Shown piece after piece: positions 39,789-51,315 of a stretch of 64,000 bases of DNA. The position numbers were made by a program, and so were the translations under genes. How positions within the stretch are numbered: position 1 is the first letter of the stretch; each line of letters begins with the position of its first letter. Source of the stretch: Octopus sinensis (lineage: Eukaryota); assembly GCF_006345805.1 (NCBI RefSeq), contig NC_043011.1:61020464-61084463 (forward strand), read 5' to 3'. The notes below the pieces were generated by a model. That model had not been told where the DNA came from. It made no database searches and saw nothing but the letters and a program-made list of their open reading frames with translations.

Positions 39789-40117
39789 ACACCTCACACA
39801 CACATAAATGTATGTATGTATATGTGAGTGTGCATGTGTGCGTATGTCTGAATGTGTGTATCTGTTTTTATGTTCAATCTCTTCATGATTCGTGATCAAG
39901 AAAGACACAAATTTGAAATTTCTAAAAATTCCTCAGAACACTCACACTCACATTTATTTAAGCTGTCCGAACCTTGCAAGTAACTCTCAATAATAGTCTT
40001 GTTAAAGAATGATAAAATTATACTCTGCCATATTTACTGAATTACCCTTCAATTTGATAGAGAATTATTTTTACTATAGCACGAAAACAAACGTTAATAA
40101 GTACATATACATGGATG

Positions 40118-40151
<34 letters not shown>

Positions 40152-40181
40152 TGTATGTATGTATGTATGTATGTATGTATG

Positions 40182-40249
<68 letters not shown>

Positions 40250-41004
40250 GTGTATATATAAAAAGCCTTCCAAGTCCGCAGATACATTTATTTGTTCACC
40301 TCTGGGCTATGAAAAGTATTTGCAATATTTTTGTTGGTCGTAATTATTCATACCAGTATGTAATTTCTTATGTAATTCCTGATGAAGCATCTAATTTGTA
40401 TTTCATGAAGAGTTCTTCGTCTTTTTCTTGGAATGAATTAGACTCCGAAACAATTTGCATAATGTATATTGGTTCTGTACCAAATTCTTTCCTTTCCTTA
40501 TACTTCTTATATATATTATTTTTCTGTCTGTAGCTATAACGTTGTAACGGAATCCGACCCACGCCATTCCTGGCAAACGGCTTGAATCTACGGTCACTAA
40601 AAAAATCTCTATTAAATCTGAGCGAAATAGAGTTCATTTAATGAGACACCTCTTATTACATCACTTGATGAGATGCTTCTGCATCGAGAGATGCACCATA
40701 AGAAGCTGTATAGTTTTTTTAAATCCACGGCGAGGGATCAGTGCAAGATGTGTCGAAACGATCGTTGTGTGTAAGAAAGTTTCCCGTGGATTCCATTTTC
40801 CATCTCTGTCATTTACTTTATACTCAACGTACACTGCGGAATTCCTGAAGTAGACACAGCGACAATTTTGAAATTATTGTTGATGACGCCAGGTAATCAG
40901 AAGCAGTGTAAGTGCTTTATTGGCGTACGACTAGGAACAACACTTAAAAATTAACTTATATGTATGTATTCATGTATACATGTATATAATTATTTACTCT
41001 TTTA

Positions 41005-41266
41005 CTCTTTTACTTGTTTCAGTCATGTGCCTTTAGTCGAGCAAATCGACCCCAGGACTTATTGTTTGTAAGACACACACACATATACACACATACATAT
41101 ATACGACAGGCTTCTTTCAGTTTCCGTCTACCAAAACCACTCCCGAGGCTTTTGTCGGCCCGAGGCTATAGTAGAAGACACTTGCCCAAGGTGCCACGCA
41201 GTAGGACTGAAGCCGGAACCATGTGGTTCGCAAGCAAGCTACTTACCACACAGCCACTCTTACGCC
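41005..41266 (-). mobile_element. SINE family B, internally deleted
   Basis: Reverse complement of GGCGTAAGAGTGGCTGTGTGGTAAGTAGC..GGCACCTTGGGCAAGTG..GAAAGAAGCC plus the tail. Confidence 0.85.
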
Positions 41267-41298
41267 TATATATATATTATATATATATAAATAAAATT

Positions 41299-41320
<22 letters not shown>

Positions 41321-41330
<10 letters not shown>

Positions 41331-41520
41331 CGAAAAAAAAACAAAAGACGAAAGCAGGTGGTATACAAAACAAACAGATGTATTAGTATAACGCTCAGGA
41401 ATAGAAAAGGTCTTTACGTTTCGATCCTACGCTCATCTACAGAAAGGAACACAGAAAAAAACAAGGAGAGAAAAAAAGTGTGTAGTGGCAAACGATCTAT
41501 GATGGCGACTTCCAGACAGA
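41321..41520 (-). mobile_element. Penelope-type terminal fragment with a degenerate HHR (41411-41446)
   Basis: Minus strand reads TTT-CTGTAGA-T-GAGC(GTAG)GATC-GAA-ACGT-A-AAG, then TTCCTGAGCG as at 60840. Adjacent to (TA)n. Confidence 0.5.
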
Positions 41521-41574
41521 AAGGTCACACTCGAGAGGGAAGGAGTAGGGGAGATATACATATAGATATACATT

Positions 41575-41607
<33 letters not shown>

Positions 41608-41902
41608 TAATGGATCATAAAACGAATGGTAGCTTCCTCGTAAAGCGCGGTCACTTTCACAGTGGTCCTTATGTATATGTAATTAAGTAGATACGATCAG
41701 GGGGATATGTTTCATTGCGAACAGAACCTCAGAAGTAGTAAATATCCAGGCGAAGAATCTCTTGATTAAATGAAAATTTACATTGCCGCAATGAGGTACA
41801 TGATCTCGTAATAAAAGTGTAGTAAAGCGGGTGTGCTCTAGCAGGGCCACAGCTATTAACTGAAAACAAAAAAATGTATATGTATATATGTACGTATATA
41901 TG

Positions 41903-41960
<58 letters not shown>

Positions 41961-42035
41961 AATATTATATATATATATATATATATGTTTAGTATATTAT
42001 ATATATGTGAGTATATATGTATACGAATATATATA

Positions 42036-42272
42036 TCTTTATATATAAAAGAGAGGTTGTGTGTCTGTCTCCTACGATTTAGATTCCTAACTACTCCCAC
42101 ATTTTGCAGTGCAGTTTAACCAAAACCGGGTATCTTATAGTCGTGATTCATATCGAGCCCTTCTGGGTATTAGCGCGCATTTTTAATGCATTTTTTTGCT
42201 ATTTTGGGGCATAAAAATGCTTATATAGTTATTTCCCTTACAAACCCGAGCAACGCCGGGCGATACTGCTAG
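42036..42272 (+). mobile_element. Non-autonomous Helitron-like element, 237 bp
   Basis: A|TC 5' end, subterminal hairpin CCCG..CGGG (42245-42260), CTAG|T 3' end, no TSD. Confidence 0.7.
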
Positions 42273-42562
42273 TCTATATATATAATCATAATAAGCAACA
42301 AGGATATCCAAGGTAGAGTGGTACAATTGTTTTATGCTACTTCATTTTATTAAACACTGTAAGTGTTTAACTTAAATACCATATTCATCTGTATCTATCT
42401 ATATCTATGTGTGTGCGTATCTATATATACGTGTGTGTGTATGTTTTGTGTGTGTGTGTGTACACACGCCCGTGCACACACACACACACACACACACATA
42501 TATACATATATTTACATATAAAAGCAAATGAACTTCGTTCGAGGTTTGTACTATCCAGTGTT

Positions 42563-42668
42563 TCATTCTATTTTAAGACATTGTGAAATGTCGTCTAACG
42601 GTAGTTCAGCCGCCACGTCGTCGTCTCCGTCGTTGGCCCTTGGCATTCTCAATACGAAATCAGAGCAA
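42563..42668 (-). other. Candidate terminal coding exon of an unidentified host gene
   Basis: CpG-rich unique island. Acceptor TTTTTCTGTCAG is followed by an open frame CSDFVLRMPRANDGDDDVAAELPLDDISQCLKIE*. No homology recognised. Confidence 0.25.
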
Positions 42669-43494
42669 CTGACAGAAAAATGAGTTTTGCATGAACAAAC
42701 ATGACATCTCTAAATAATATAAATGTTATTGTGTGTAGAACACTTGCCAATCCTTATTCAATAGAAATCAAGAAAGCTTGCTATGTTAAACTTCAATTCG
42801 ACATTTACCAGTAGAACTTCACCTGTCGTAATTCAGACGATATCACCTTACATTGGGATTACGTCGAACGAACGAGTGGGCGAGTGTAACATTTGGATGA
42901 ATAGTAATCGTTATAGAGTATCGATTTTTGCTTATGCTATACCTTGGTTCGTTGGTTGGTTGCTATCTGGTCTAAAGGATGAACAATTTATTGTATATCT
43001 GAATAAATTGGATATCTTCCAATTTGTTGATTTGCAGGTTATTTAAAACCAGCAAGCGTCTGCAACCATATTCGGTATTATGTATACAGGTTCATATTCT
43101 GGTCTTCTTTCATTTTCCTCTCATGCATGTACATGTTTGTGTGAACGTATCTGTATCCATGTATGTGTTTACACACACTCACACACACACAAATACAAAC
43201 AGAAACACTCACATAATATATATATACATATACATATATATATAATATACATATATGCATATATACATACACATACACACACATACCTATATATATATAT
43301 ATATATCTGTAATATAATATGTGACAATTATTCAGCTGCTATAATAAAACTCCGAGTTTCGGATGTCGGGGCGGAAATCTGCTCCGCCACCTCGTCAGTT
43401 ATTAAGACAAACAAAAATGCTTCTATTTACATAATATCGAGGTCTCATTCATTCTTTTGTTGTCATACTGTTACTATTAATATATATATATATA

Positions 43495-43670
43495 GGCTCG
43501 TCCGGAATTTCTGACAGGAGGAGATCCAGTTTTGTTTTGAGGACACCTATATCTACACTATGCACGTCTCTCAAGCATTTTGCAAGGATTTTGAAGAGAT
43601 GTGGTCCCTCGAAACCCAAGCTGTTGCAGTATCTGATCCTTATTTTCATGGAGATACTGGGATCATATAT
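43495..43670 (-). mobile_element. CR1/L2-type LINE 3' fragment related to 16600-16820
   Basis: YCNSLGFEGPHLFKILAKCLRDVHSVDIGVLKTKLDLLLSEIPDEP. Confidence 0.8.
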
Positions 43671-44904
43671 CATTTAATGCACACTGTTAAAAAATAAGAT
43701 ATTATACTATTTTCTTGCCACGAAGACCCGAGGCTAGGCAACACCAAAGTAGAACACCGATAAAAAATTTCACATTTTCTCGTGTTTTTTCTCGTGGTTT
43801 CTCGTGCAGCAGCGATCTGACTACTCAAAGCCAGAGATTCCTCGGACCTGCTTAACCACATGTCGTCATAGAAAGAGACTAATAGTAGCTCTTATATTTA
43901 TAAAGTGTACATTAAATGATATCTTCCACTGGGCGGAGTACTTCTTTTTTGTTGAGCTTATCGGAACAGTAAATTACGTGTATGTACAGATAAGTGTTTG
44001 TTTGTTTATGTGTGTGCATGTGTGTGTGTGTCTGTGCATGTATGCTGGTGATATGCAGCTACACAAAAGCGAAAACACCAACAAAATCAGGAATCAGAGC
44101 AGCGTCTATGACTAAGAAACTATGTTACAATCCCTCAGTGAATCTCATTCAAGACGAAATCCCGAAAAGAAAGCGCTCTTATAAGTAAAATGTGGCAGCA
44201 CTTTGAGATTGCGAAGGCTTTGACCTAGATTTTAAGGCATTCGGCTTATCGAGGTTTCAGTTCCTGTATGAGACAATTCCCTATACTCCTGAGCACAGAT
44301 TTTCTCAAAGCGTTTCATCTACGCAGCATAATATAGCACAATCTTTCCCTGGCGATCTCTTGTAATTCACCAGCCAACTACACTTGGAACATCTGGCGCA
44401 GAGGTACCCAATGCGACACAAATGTGGGCATTAAATTTTATATAGATATATGGAAGCATTCAATATCCTAAATTTTGCTCACAGACATACACACACCTAT
44501 ATACAATTTGCTACTTTCTTTACATGAAATGAGAAGATACATTGCAGAACTGTTATTTTAACGAATTATATCTATTTATCATGCAAAGAGATGCATGTGC
44601 ACCATTGGATGCTCCTGAACCAATTATTAAGTATCCCACCTGTGAGGGATCGATGCTAAATGTGTCGAAATGACTGTAGTGATTAATAAAAATTCTCATA
44701 TCTTTCACCTTCCGTCTTTCATTAACCATATATATATATAATGTGTGTGTGTGTGTGTGTGTACGTTTTGTGTACTAGACACATATACATACCATATTAA
44801 CTCATGCATAAAGCAAGGAATTTTGATCAAGTATTATAGACAGAAATGATACCACATTTCACTTGTAAGAGTTCTCTTCATGTTTCATCTCCAGTGAGAT
44901 TCAC

Positions 44905-44984
44905 CGAGTGATTGTTTAGGTATGGACATTGCTGCTGCTGGTTGTTGTTGTTGATGTTGGAGCCGCACGTCGCTGTCTGTCATG
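44905..44984 (-). other. Candidate short exon
   Basis: TTTTACAG acceptor, frame MTDSDVRLQHQQQQPAAAMSIPKQSL, possible donor G|GTGAAT. Confidence 0.2.
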
Positions 44985-45794
44985 CTGTAAAATTACTCTC
45001 CTGCGTTTTGAGAGCGAATGCTATTACAAAACTGTCAAATTAGAATTATAATATTTGTTAGATAACTTAATATGTTTTCTGACATAAGAAATGGAATTAT
45101 ATTTAGCTTTTCAATAAAATATCATTAATCTTGTTATTTTGGTAAATTTAATCTAGGCAGGAGGCTTCACTTTCATTTATTAACCTAACTATTTGTGTGC
45201 ATCTGAAAATTGATAATTATTATAGAATTGAAAATGGCTGGCTTTTATCTAATTTTCACGTTAGCTGCTTGCTGGATTTTCTGAAGACGAACAATCATTG
45301 TTGAAGAGTTATTATTTCGTTATGTCTATATTGTTGTACATTTCTGTAAGTGATACGGACTGTGAAAAGCATTGCTTTGCTAACGTAGATTTTTCTGTTT
45401 AAACGAATAGAATAATTTTCGATTTATACTTACAATTAGAAACTTCGCTGTGTAAGACTTTTTCATATACATTTCCATCAAAAGTAAAGTCTATAATGAG
45501 CTTTTCGCTTTTCATCTAATCACGTTTTAATTGTCTTAATGCTATTATTTCTTATGGAAATTTCCAGAATATTACTCAACGTCTGCCAAACTTATTAATC
45601 TCATTACCGGCGTTGATTGCTTTATTTTCCAAATATTAATTCATGATGAATGGTGCTAACAGATCGAAATATAGACCTGCCTTTAAGTTTCTCGGTCAGC
45701 AACACAAACGAACGTATCAAAAGGGAAAGTCTGTGAATAATCTTTTGTGGATTTGAGAGAGACAATATATTTCACTGAAGTCAATGAAAGCGCG

Positions 45795-46085
45795 TGTCTA
45801 CAGTGATTAAGGGGTTCGATTTGCAGGGGCGCGTTGTGTCTTCAGCAAGGCACTTTATTTCACGTTGCTCCAGCGCATTCCGCATGCGACACCTAAAAAG
45901 ATGAGTCGTATCTGTATTTCAAAGAGGCAGCCCTGTCACACTCTGTGTCACGCTGAATCTCCCTGAGAGATACGTTAAGGGTGCGCTTGTCTGTGGAGTG
46001 CTCAACCACTTTCCCATTAATTTCACAAGCAGGCTGTTCTGTTGATCGTATCAAATGGAACCCCACCGTCGTGACTGGCGGAGGA
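45795..46085 (+). mobile_element. tRNA-derived SINE family C, decayed
   Basis: GGGTTCGATT B box and AGCAAGGCACTTTATTTCACGTTGCTC, shared with 55450 and with the reverse complement of 49150. Confidence 0.6.
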
Positions 46086-46267
46086 CCAGTTAAATTGTCA
46101 AAACAAAAAAAAAGTTGGGAAAATTAGCAGAACAGTTAGAGCACCAGTATCTGTTGCGACTCTTTTCATTCTGAGTTCGAATACTGTCGAGACATACTTA
46201 GCCTTTCGTTCCTACCAGGGTCAATATCAAGTGCTAGAATTGATGTGAAGGTGCTTTGATACATAGG

Positions 46268-46894
46268 ATTTCTTTATTGCCCACAAGGGTCTAAACATTA
46301 GGGGACAAACAAGGACCGACAGACGGATTAAGTTGATTCCATCGACCCAGTCCGTAACAGGTACTTAATTTATCGAAGCCGAAAGCATGAAAGGCAAAGT
46401 CGACTTCGGCGGAATTTGAACTCAGAACGTAGGCAGAGGAAACACCGCTAAGCATTTCGCCCCGTATGATAACGTTTCTTATTTCTTTATTGCCCACAAG
46501 GGGCTAAACATAGAGGGGACAAACAAGGACAGACAAAGGGATTAAGTCGATTACATCGACCCCAGTGCGTAACTGGTACTTAATTTATCGACCACGAAGA
46601 GATAAAAGGCAAAGTCGACCTCGGCGGAATTTGAACTTAGAACGTAGACAGACGAAATACCTATTTCTTTACTACCCACAAGGGGCTAAACACGGAGGTG
46701 ACAAACAAGGACAGACAGGCGGATTAAGTCGATTATATCGACTCCAGTGCGTAACTGGTACTTAATTTATCGACCCCGAAAGGATGAAAGGCAAAGTCGA
46801 CCTCGGCGGAATTTGAACTCACAACGTAACGGCAGACGAAATACTGCAAAGCATTTCGCCCGGCGTGCTAACGTTTCTGCCAGCTCGCCGCCTT
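46268..46894 (-). mobile_element. Tandem trimer of SINE family A
   Basis: One full head followed by three body+tail A1 units, head to tail. Confidence 0.9.
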
Positions 46895-48177
46895 AAGTGA
46901 TGTCATAATATGATCCATAGCAGTGCTCCGGGTATTCTGCCACTCACTTTACCTTATTGTGCTCCACCCACTTTAATACGAGCCAGCACGTGTGCTTTTA
47001 CAAGGTAGGTAGAAAATAGCAGTAAAATAGACCTCAAACTACTCTTTATTGTCCTAAAAGACACACGCACATATAAATTGGTTCGTGTTAACCTAGGTAT
47101 ATCATATCAGGAATAAATATGTTACTATCTTCTGATTATGGGATTATGGGTTTGATCCTAGGTCTGCAGAATCAGAAGTGTCTTGGACACTGAAGATCAC
47201 CGACGCCACCAACAGCACAGCCGCAGTCTCCACCACTTTTTTTATACTTTCTAACTTTCTCACGTAGTGGTTTCCAAATTATGTCACTGATAGTTTCTAG
47301 GCGTGTCGCAAAATTAATTTTAATCGAATTAATTTTTTTTACAAATATTTGTCTGTGAAATGTTCTTGACAATTTGGCTTAAATTTTGACACAAAAATTG
47401 TATTTAGTTGTTTAATTATTAATTTATTTATTAATTTGGTTAATTTTGTGTCTCTAACAAAACTTAATTATTGTGTCGCGCCAAATTATGTTTTTCTAAA
47501 AAGTGTGTCGTCAATGTGTTAATTTTGGAAAAATTTCTCTGGTTTTGAGAACTGAGTATTGATTTCCCATGAAGGGAAAATCATACATATTTTAGGAGAA
47601 CGACAGGCTCTGCTTATGAAATATTTTCTAGAAAACTGTCAACAGTAGCACTAGTAATAGAAGCAGCAGCTGCAGTAGTAGTATTAGTTGTTGTTGTTGT
47701 TGTTGAATTTTAGCCCCGGGTCATCAACTAAGTGGATCTCTGACCAGGACCGATACTTCAGGGACTTACATAAAGAAACCATGTTCTTATTGAAACGATG
47801 ACCTGAAGGAATGTTTGGTTGCGATTTCCAATAAGTTGTGCGAACATGTAGAGGCTCTTCCATTAGTTCGGTTGATGCGGATGCTGTGCTGTTCCTATTG
47901 TGTCATCATTGATTCAAATATCTTATGATCAACAGCATTTCAATCCGATTTTTTGTGTACCCAGGCCAGCAGTGTTGATAGTTCCCTTCCAATGTTAAGA
48001 CTACTTCATGAGAACTGAGGTAATTTATGACTGCTATTTCTAGTCAGTCAAGAAACTGCATAGTGGGCCAAGCGTTTGCTTGGTCAACCGTGTAACGATG
48101 CAGCTATTTTTTTTTATATATATAATCTGAGGCCTGTAGCGATCGATGAAACTTGGGATCAAAAACGTTGCCATCTT

Positions 48178-48367
48178 TTATTCAAACAGTATTTTGCACA
48201 GGAAATTATGATTGAAGGCGACTGAGTTATTACGAAGAGGACAATGGGAGATAATGCTGTAATAGAAGAGAGTATCCAGCGAGAACGGTAAAGGTGGAGG
48301 CGAAGTGATACGGCAGTCCATGTCCAATTTGCAAAGCCGTCGTTGTTTTAGGCGCTCGGCGAATAAT
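48178..48367 (-). other. Candidate exon in a unique GC-enriched island
   Basis: GTTTTCCTAG acceptor followed by a 62-codon open frame LFAERLKQRRLCKLDMDCRITSPPPLP... Confidence 0.15.
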
Positions 48368-48412
48368 CTAGGAAAACCACGAACGTCTTACTCGATTCCC
48401 AAGATTACTACA

Positions 48413-48446
<34 letters not shown>

Positions 48447-48582
48447 TACTACTACTACTACTACTACTACTAAGATTCAGTTGAATTAGGCACTTAGATT
48501 GAGGCACCAAGCCAGTTCGGTATAATCCGCGCAGCTCCATGTTAGGTGACCAAAATGTAAATAAGTAACAAGGTTGTCCAAG

Positions 48583-48875
48583 TATCAATGCATTACGGCC
48601 GTTTCGAGCGTTTTCCTCTGCTACACCCTAAATTATACTAGGCTTAATAAGATATGCATTATTCCCTAAATTCCCCATGCCACAAATAAACATAAGGAAG
48701 CTGTAATTAATTTGGTTTCTAGTATTGATATAAATTTGTTAAAAAGGGTTTATCCTTTATGTTGGAAATCTATATGGTCATCTACTTCTGAGGAGAGAGT
48801 TGTCTTTCAAATTGATGTACTATTTTCATTGATCGATCAAATGGAGCTGCTCAAAACGGCCGTAATGCATTGATA
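48583..48875. mobile_element. ~290-bp element with ~26-bp terminal inverted repeats containing the 3' half of an HHR
   Basis: TATCAATGCATTACGGCCGTTTCGAGC versus GCTCAAAACGGCCGTAATGCATTGATA (one mismatch). Reading outward gives GCTC-GAA-ACGGCCGT-A-ATGC. Confidence 0.65.
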
Positions 48876-49049
48876 TGTGGACCTTCTTGTTACTTTTTTA
48901 CACATGCATACACACACACGCACACACACACGCGCGCGCACACACACACGCACACACAGATATATATAACATGTACTCACCAGACGTTAGACAACGTATG
49001 AGAGTAATTTCTTGTTGAGCGACCACACAATTAATTTGCTTATAGTGAT

Positions 49050-49260
49050 CACATGTTTGTGTTCACATAAGCTCACCCATTCTATCAAATCGATTTTACC
49101 TGTGCAGGTGCACAGCGCCACGTGCTACGTATTAGAGGATAAAATGATCGCAGAGCAACGTGAAATGAAGTGTTTTGCTCAAGAACACAATGCAACGCCC
49201 GGTCTGGGAATCGAAACTTCGATCTCGCAACCGTAACACTCTACCCACTCAGACATGCGC
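49050..49260 (-). mobile_element. SINE family C
   Basis: GAGCAACGTGAAATGAAGTGTTTTGCTCAAGAACACAA..GGAATCGAAAC..CATGCGCC. Confidence 0.7.
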
Positions 49261-50068
49261 CTTCATATATGTATGCGCCACAGAAAAAATTTATGTAATT
49301 CACCATTTCTAACATTACTTGGCAACCGATAAGGGAGCAGATTTCACCCTGTTTGTCATATCAACCAAGTCCCAGCCTATTACCTAAAAGAAAAATAAGC
49401 AAAAAGAAAAAGAAAAAAAATAACACGTCGCTAACCGACGAGGATTAGAACAACAGCGATGATATTGGGAGTTAAGACTATTTTTTATTGTACCGAAAGA
49501 ATGATGTTAAAGTTTCTAAGTCCTTCGTGTATTTTGTGCTCCTCAAAGTAAGCAGTATGTCTCTCTGGGATGATGGAAACAAATTTATGGGGAGAGCGGA
49601 AACAAAGGAGGCGTTAGTAGGTGACAGTTGCATCTGTACACTTCGTTTCCTATTTAGATATTAACTTTAAATAATTATAGACTTCGAGTAAGTAAATAAA
49701 CAAAAGCACAATGTATAAAAATTAAGCAGACAGAATTTGCTCGAAGAAAGGTGATGCTCTGATAAGTAGTTTCCTGCGAGAAACTAGTAAGAAGTAAAAA
49801 AAAAGCTGGCTTAAAGTAACCTGTATATATATTACTATGGTGAAGGTGAGACTGAAACACGGGGAAGCGGAGATTGGAGAAATGGCTATAAAAATGGGTG
49901 GTGGTGGTGGTGGTGGTGAGAGGCAGTAGTTAAAAGGGTTTGAGAAATACTTACGTAAACGGATTCCAGAGGACAGAAATAATCCGTCTGAATGTTTAAC
50001 TAGAAATGCGTATATAAAAAGCAAATTTAGGCCTCGGCGGGATTCGAACTTAAGGAGAGAGAGAGAGA

Positions 50069-50112
<44 letters not shown>

Positions 50113-50518
50113 AAGAAAGAAGAGAGTGAGAGAGAGAGCATAAATATCACGAAGAATTCCATTCGACGGACTAACAAATGTCAGTTCGTGGTTTGGAGTA
50201 AAATCGAAATGATGGAATTGTTACATCAGACAATTTTGGTCACGAAACCATTTGCCTGTGAGTGAACTGATCATAAATAATAATTCTACACTTTTAACGT
50301 TTTTATATTTGATGACAGAATCTACCGAATTATCAAGAACAGAAATCCAAATTGCATCGCGTTTTAAATTCCCATTTGAAGTGGTTTTACCATATTTCTG
50401 TTGGCATCTATATTACTAGGAAAGTACGACTGCAAGAATTCGCATTAGAAAATAGCGTGTTTACGCTAAGAAGCTATATATATATCTGTATGTGTGCAGG
50501 TAGTGTATGTATGAATAA

Positions 50519-50579
<61 letters not shown>

Positions 50580-50676
50580 CTATGTATGTATGTATATATG
50601 TATGTATGTATATATATATATATTATATATATATATATATATAATATATATATATGTATGTATGTATATATATATA

Positions 50677-50716
<40 letters not shown>

Positions 50717-50953
50717 TATATGTTAATAGAAATATTAAAATAACTAAGTCTCTCTAAAAGAGAACAGCGGCAGCGTTCCCGGAAAATAATAGTTATCGCC
50801 ATACTAATATGGCATTCTTATAAAAATAAGAAAAAGCTGTCCGCTTATTAGCTCCATGAGGCCATCGCCTTAAGTTAGCTATTTGATACACAAACTGTAT
50901 CCATATAACCTTCGAACAAGGGAGGTCAGTCGCTCCACACTACTTGACCGGCA

Positions 50954-50994
50954 GCTACAGACGCGTTTCGGGGTATTGCCCCTTTCAATGCAGC
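50954..50994 (-). ncRNA. Minimal type I HHR, left arm (one A missing from the core)
   Basis: GCTGCA-TTGAAA-GGGG(CAATA)CCCC-GAA-ACGCGT-C-TGTAGC. Confidence 0.65.
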
Positions 50995-51013
50995 GACACC
51001 TACTGCTGGCTAC

Positions 51014-51053
51014 GCTGCATTGAAAAGGGGCAAACTCCGAAACGGTCTGTAGC
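51014..51053 (+). ncRNA. Minimal type I HHR, right arm (one C missing from the palindrome)
   Basis: GCTGCA-TTGAAAA-GGGG(CAAA)CTCC-GAA-ACGGT-C-TGTAGC; 6-bp stem I; GUC triplet. Confidence 0.65.
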
Positions 51054-51315
51054 TGCCGGTCAAGTAGTGTGGAGCGACTGACCTCCCTTGTTCGAGGTTA
51101 TATGGATACAGTTTGTGTATCAAATAGCTAACTTAAGGCGATGGCCTCATGGAGCTAATAGCGGACAGCTTTTTTCTTATTTTTATAAGAATGCCATATG
51201 TATGGCGATAACATATATATATGTATAATATATATATATGTATAATATATATATATGTATAATATATATATAATATATATATATATCATATATATATATA
51301 TATATATATTATATA

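Larger units (their letters stand above)
50792..51212. mobile_element. Near-perfect ~200-bp-arm palindrome (arms 50792-50995 and 51013-51212, 17-nt loop) carrying two HHRs
   Basis: The arms are reverse complements apart from a few single-base differences. (TA)n follows the right arm; (TA)n on the left lies ~70 nt away. Confidence 0.92.
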
